From Macrostomum lignano (taxonomy: Eukaryota), in NCBI GenBank assembly GCA_002269645.1, contig NIVC01000736.1, positions 62,001-126,000 on the forward strand: 64,000 nt of DNA, in the 5' to 3' direction. Shown piece after piece: positions 59,936 through 64,000 of the stretch. Below the pieces are notes generated by a model, which worked only from the letters and a program-made list of their open reading frames with translations, was not told the origin of the DNA and did not search any database. Position 1 is the first letter of the stretch. Each line of letters starts with the position of its first letter. A program made the position numbers and the translations under genes.

Positions 59936-62490
59936 CCCTCGAACGTTGGGAAAAACAATTGTCGGTTTATTATATTTGGGGTCCAATGGACCCCTCTGAG
60001 TTGATGCATGTTAACAATGCTTTATTGATTATTTATTGTTCAAAGCAAAAAACTACCAATACAATGGCAAACGTAATACATTAGTCGCATATTATCTCAA
60101 GAACATAGCAACTGATTCAGGTACTTTCTAAATGAAATCAGGCAATGAAGCTGAGAGAACTGATTAGTATTTGCTAATTACTAATTATTGTAACTGCAGT
60201 GTAACTACATGTATAATGAATAATGTCTTGCAATTCTACGAATATATTGGAACACGAAGGATAAAGCAGAATTTGTCAGTAAATAGCACACGAAAAGAAA
60301 TCTCACTCTGCAGGCTCCCCCATGCATTCGAGGCAGACTGACTGCAGGTGCCCCGAGCAACAGTACCGTTGGCAGGTAGTGCAGCGTGTGCGAGTTTTGC
60401 GATCAGCAGAGTGGCTACACATATGGCATCTTCCCTTTGGCACTGATGCAACTGGGCGCTGAGGATGATTCTGACGTGCTTCTCTCTGGCCAGGCTGTTG
60501 CTTCAGCAGTGCCATTCCAAGTGCTCTCAGAAACAGCCTTCTTCGATGGGGCACTGCACCGTAGCTGTCTGGGAAGACAGCCTGGTGGAGGTAATAGGCG
60601 TTAAGGCATGCAATGTTTAGCACATTGCAAAACACGGCTACATGCCATCGTCGTGACTTGTACTTCACTGAGTAGCACATTGTCATCTGGTCCATCAAGT
60701 CCGTGCCTCCTTTAGTCTTATTGTAGTCCAGAATTGCTTGCGGCTTTCTTGTTGCGTTGTTAGACACCGCGGGACTTCTGTGCTGGCTAGAGAGTAGTAG
60801 TACAAGCTTATTGGGTTTCGCCTTGTAAGCAAGCAGTTGGATCTGATCTTCAGTTGTGTAAACAAACTCAGTTGAGTACAGCTCACGTCCTTGATGGTTT
60901 CGCATCTCCAGTGGCACTTCCCGTCTGTGCAGCCGTATTGAACCTAGCAGCGACATATTCCTTAGCAGTAAATATCTTGCTAGTGCTAGAGAGCAGAAGA
61001 AATTGTCAACGGTCACTCCAATTCCTGATCCTTGTAACCCTTCCGTCAACTTCAAAACGATGTGCTCACCAAGGCTTGCCTCACGCTCTTCCTCGCGGCC
61101 AACATACATATTGATATTCCAGCAGTACCCAGTAGCCACATCGTTTAGGCACCAGAACTTCAGCCCATACTTGGCAGGCTTCTTTGGAATGTACTGTATG
61201 TAGCTGCATCTTCCTCTATAGGGAAACAGCTGTTCGTCTACAGTAACAGCTTCATTAGGAAAGTAACTCTTCTGTGAGTTCTGGACAAGTCCGTCAAGCA
61301 GCAACCTCACAGCGGCAAGCTTATCTCTTTGCAGTCGCGCATTTCGAGTTTCGCGGTTGTCAAATCGCAGAAATCAGCGAATAGTCTTGAAGCGCATCAA
61401 AGACATGGAGTTCTTGAAAACCTTTCTTCCGAATTCCTCACTCCAGAGCTCATCGATGCTCTCCATGCTTCCTTTGAATACTCCGCGAAGAATGTTTAGG
61501 CCAATGAAGGCATTGATTTCCTCTCTGGTAGTTGGATTCCAAGCATTTCCAAGAACTCTCCTAGCTTCGCGGTTGGTCTCTATCACAATTGTGTCAACCA
61601 TGTCATTGTCAAAGATGACGTGGAAAGCCGACTCTTCATCATGAATGCGTGCTGCAGCGTAAGCTGTGATTCCTGGTCTATTGCGCAAGATGTTACAGGC
61701 TGGCCTCTGTCCAGGACATGAAGTTTCATGGTGCCATACTTGACCACTAGGACTGCGATAACTTCTTTCAACATCACCAGCAGCAGCTGCGGCAGCAACA
61801 ATTGATGCTGGCCTTGATGAATCACTAGATGCGTCTTCAACATCGGGCAAATCAATATCTTGTTTGGCTTCAGCAATATCCGAAAGAGCCTCGTCTTCGT
61901 CCGATACTTCAGCGTCAATATGGGCTTCTGGGTGAGCAACTGGTTGGTTCATAATCACTTCAAGAGCTCTAGACTTAGCAGCTCTTACGACCATCGGTCT
62001 AGAAGAAGCCATTTTGCAAATTTTCGCAAATACTTACTAAGTAAATGCTTGGTATAGTAGTTTTCTCTATGAATCAGCTGGAAAATCTTTTGTTATAGAA
62101 TAGCTATTTTCACAAGATTAGGGCAAGAGGGTCCTCCTTATATACCCATCAGCTATATATAGAATATTCTAGAAATAGAAAATATTAGAAAGTTTAGAAA
62201 ATATAATAGTATATTTAGATTGAACCGCCCCAACCGACTTTATGTGTTTCAACTATATAAATATAGAAAATTAGTTACGGGGTCCACTGGACCCCAAGAA
62301 CCCCCAATATAATAAGTTCACTTGGTGAACTGGGCTTATATAAAATAAGAACAACGATGCTTATATGGTTGAATACCTTCAAAAATAATAATTCTCCTAG
62401 CATCTGGTTGTTTTAACATAATACTTAGTATGATTTAATTCTAACTAAAGATACCGTTGGGGTCCAATGGATCCCAAAATCTTTCGAGGG
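59936..62490 (-). mobile_element. piggyBac transposon, 2555 bp, TTAA TSD
   Basis: TTAA|CCCTCGAA...TTCGAGGG|TTAA; subterminal palindrome GGGGTCCANTGGA(C/T)CCC at 59978, 62279 and 62459. Confidence 0.95.
60303..62012 (-). pseudogene. PGBD4: piggyBac (PGBD4-like) transposase, 570 codons, single in-frame TGA at 61374-61376
   Basis: ORFs 61374..62012 and 60303..61310 share one frame; catalytic VDEQL, VDNFF, GGTDLMD; C-terminal Cys-rich domain CHMC..CTTCQRYCCSGH..C..C. Confidence 0.9.
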
Positions 62491-63079
62491 TTAATAGGCA
62501 ATACATCCATTCCAGCTAGTCTAATCATGCGAAAGTTGAGCTTGAGTTGTGTGCAAACAGACTGGCCATCAGAAGAGTCGAGTCGCAATTCAAGCGCCTG
62601 TCCAATGGCGTCTTTGGTCTTACAAAGCAATTCAAACGGATCGCAGGCACAGTCGAAATAAAGTGTAGCACTTGAAAGACATTGTTGTGCGCTGTTGATA
62701 TGATTGCAGATCGGAATGGGATTCCTGATAAATGGATGAGGAAATAAAATATGGTATAGAATTTAAAGCAAAGTGTACTAAATATTCTTGAACAAAGCCA
62801 ATTTTAAATTTTCAGTTTTAAATTTAAAAAATGTACTGTCCTTTTAAGAAGCAAATCCCATGGCGTTTTGATATGATTCAGATAGCTATGGAAATTGGCA
62901 TATCGGTAATCAGTGGATCGGAGCTTGAGAATCCCAACAGTTTGAAATTTGCTCATAGATTTACTCAACTTGGGCGTTTCATTTAAATGAATCATCTGTC
63001 TGATTAGTTGTGGGGATTTCTCAGATTTGTAATCTATTATTCAAATAATTCGCAAACTTTATAGTTAATCTAACTCACT

Positions 63080-64000
63080 GTTGGTCCCAGGTTCAACACT
63101 GAAATTGGCGGACTCTAGCAGCGAGCCCTGTCCTATGGGTTCCCAAACCGAATCCTCCATCAGACAGTAGTCAGTTCGATGGAAATGATTGAAAATCAAG
63201 TCTGGCATGTTTTTTCATCAGCCTTCAAAGCCATTATATGCTTGTATTACGAGCTTTTTATTTTAAAAGAAATTATAAAAATTAGTGAAAACAAATAGAA
63301 ACACTAAAAGCTTTGAACAAAATTGCTTGATAGATAATTAAAAATTATGCATAGAATAACTTGTATTTACTTTCAGCTTGCAAAAAGTTTTGGGGTCCCA
63401 GAAACGACAATAAACAACACGTAAACGGTAGAGCATACTACGACCATATAAGTTTACAGCCGAAAGACCACAATGCTCATTTTAGATAGGATATGCCCCA
63501 TTTCACACCTCTAGTGTATGAGAACATAATCCCTGTAATGAGAGATCCCATTAGCTAATTCGAAACAGTAATTGCTTCAGATAATTGGTTGCATAGCTGC
63601 AATTGAACTATAGCCACTGCACTTCTTGATTTCGTAATAAGCTACATATATTGCATTTGATAGATATCCAAGTCTTTCAGCTAGCTGTTAATTTCTACAC
63701 ATTAAACACTACAAACTATATACAATACACATTTAAAATTGCACATTATCTTTTACCCATGATTACCGCTAATTAGCAATCTACCCATTAAAAAAATTAA
63801 ATGCAAAATTATGAGTTGCTAAGCCGGATTCAAAAGTTACCCCCGAGGTCAACCAAGTATTCCCCCACAACACTGCTAGGAAGGACGAGCTGAATAGACA
63901 CGAAGGCTGCTGCTGCACTCCAGAAGAAGCCGTCTCAGCCGCACCCGTTGTTGCCCCCGCCATTGCTTCCGCATCCATCGTTGATGGTTGAGCAGGGCCA
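63080..64000 (-). CDS. Partial spliced gene running off the window end (candidate exons ~63841-64000 and ~63082-63206)
   Basis: Open frames with good donors (ggg|gtaact, a|gtgagt): ...FLAVLWGNTWLTSG and LIFNHFHRTDYCLMEDSVWEPIG...; the linking exon and product were not identified. Confidence 0.3.

Larger units (their letters stand above)
57900..62700 (-). pseudogene. Decayed Polinton/Maverick-type DNA polymerase B gene, split by the piggyBac
   Basis: Frameshifted motifs in expected order: NSNGSGW, NKKALIN, GINLPV, PPFVVYTDFE, CHYC..DHDHLTGAFRGAACSSCN, HNLRGNDLH, FIDSLQFLHSS, YEHAQETW..YLELDIRQLADIFENFR. The frame appears to continue across the TTAA site. Confidence 0.75.

Noticed and set aside
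61374-61376. Programmed readthrough of the piggyBac TGA
   Set aside because: Context TGA-TTT is not a known readthrough signal; a CpG transition explains it more simply.

Overview
Eukaryotic (invertebrate animal) genomic DNA, not prokaryotic: spliced genes with GT-AG introns, many tandem repeats and nested transposons. No rRNA, intact tRNA or CRISPR array is visible. The style resembles free-living flatworms such as Macrostomum, but that is an unverified inference. Most ORF-track entries are repeat or antisense artefacts; I rebuilt the real genes by hand from splice sites. On the + strand: (1) a 9-exon voltage-gated proton channel (Hv/HVCN1 family) gene, ~5.3-19.7 kb, with the S1 selectivity Asp, a ~145-aa glycosylated S1-S2 loop and an S4 lacking the first Arg; (2) a 2-exon, 69-aa secreted cystine-knot (knottin, conotoxin-like) peptide at 22.8-23.1 kb; (3) a 7-exon DOK7-like PH-PTB adaptor (28.3-33.8 kb) ending in a Gab/DOS-type SHP2-binding tail; (4) a frameshifted LamG/ConA-like domain gene (37.5-38.2 kb); (5) SMARCC/BAF155-170 (47.3-52.9 kb). 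Mobile DNA: an RTE-type LINE carrying nested insertions, a mariner derivative, MITE/foldback elements, a tRNA-derived SINE, and a near-intact piggyBac inserted into a decayed Polinton/Maverick-type DNA polymerase B gene. Most striking non-gene signals: a 479-bp-arm inverted repeat whose arm mismatches look like ADAR A-to-I editing, short scrambled copies of neighbouring genes 3-7 kb downstream of their source, and ~1-kb CpG-free AT-rich blocks next to apparent gene starts.
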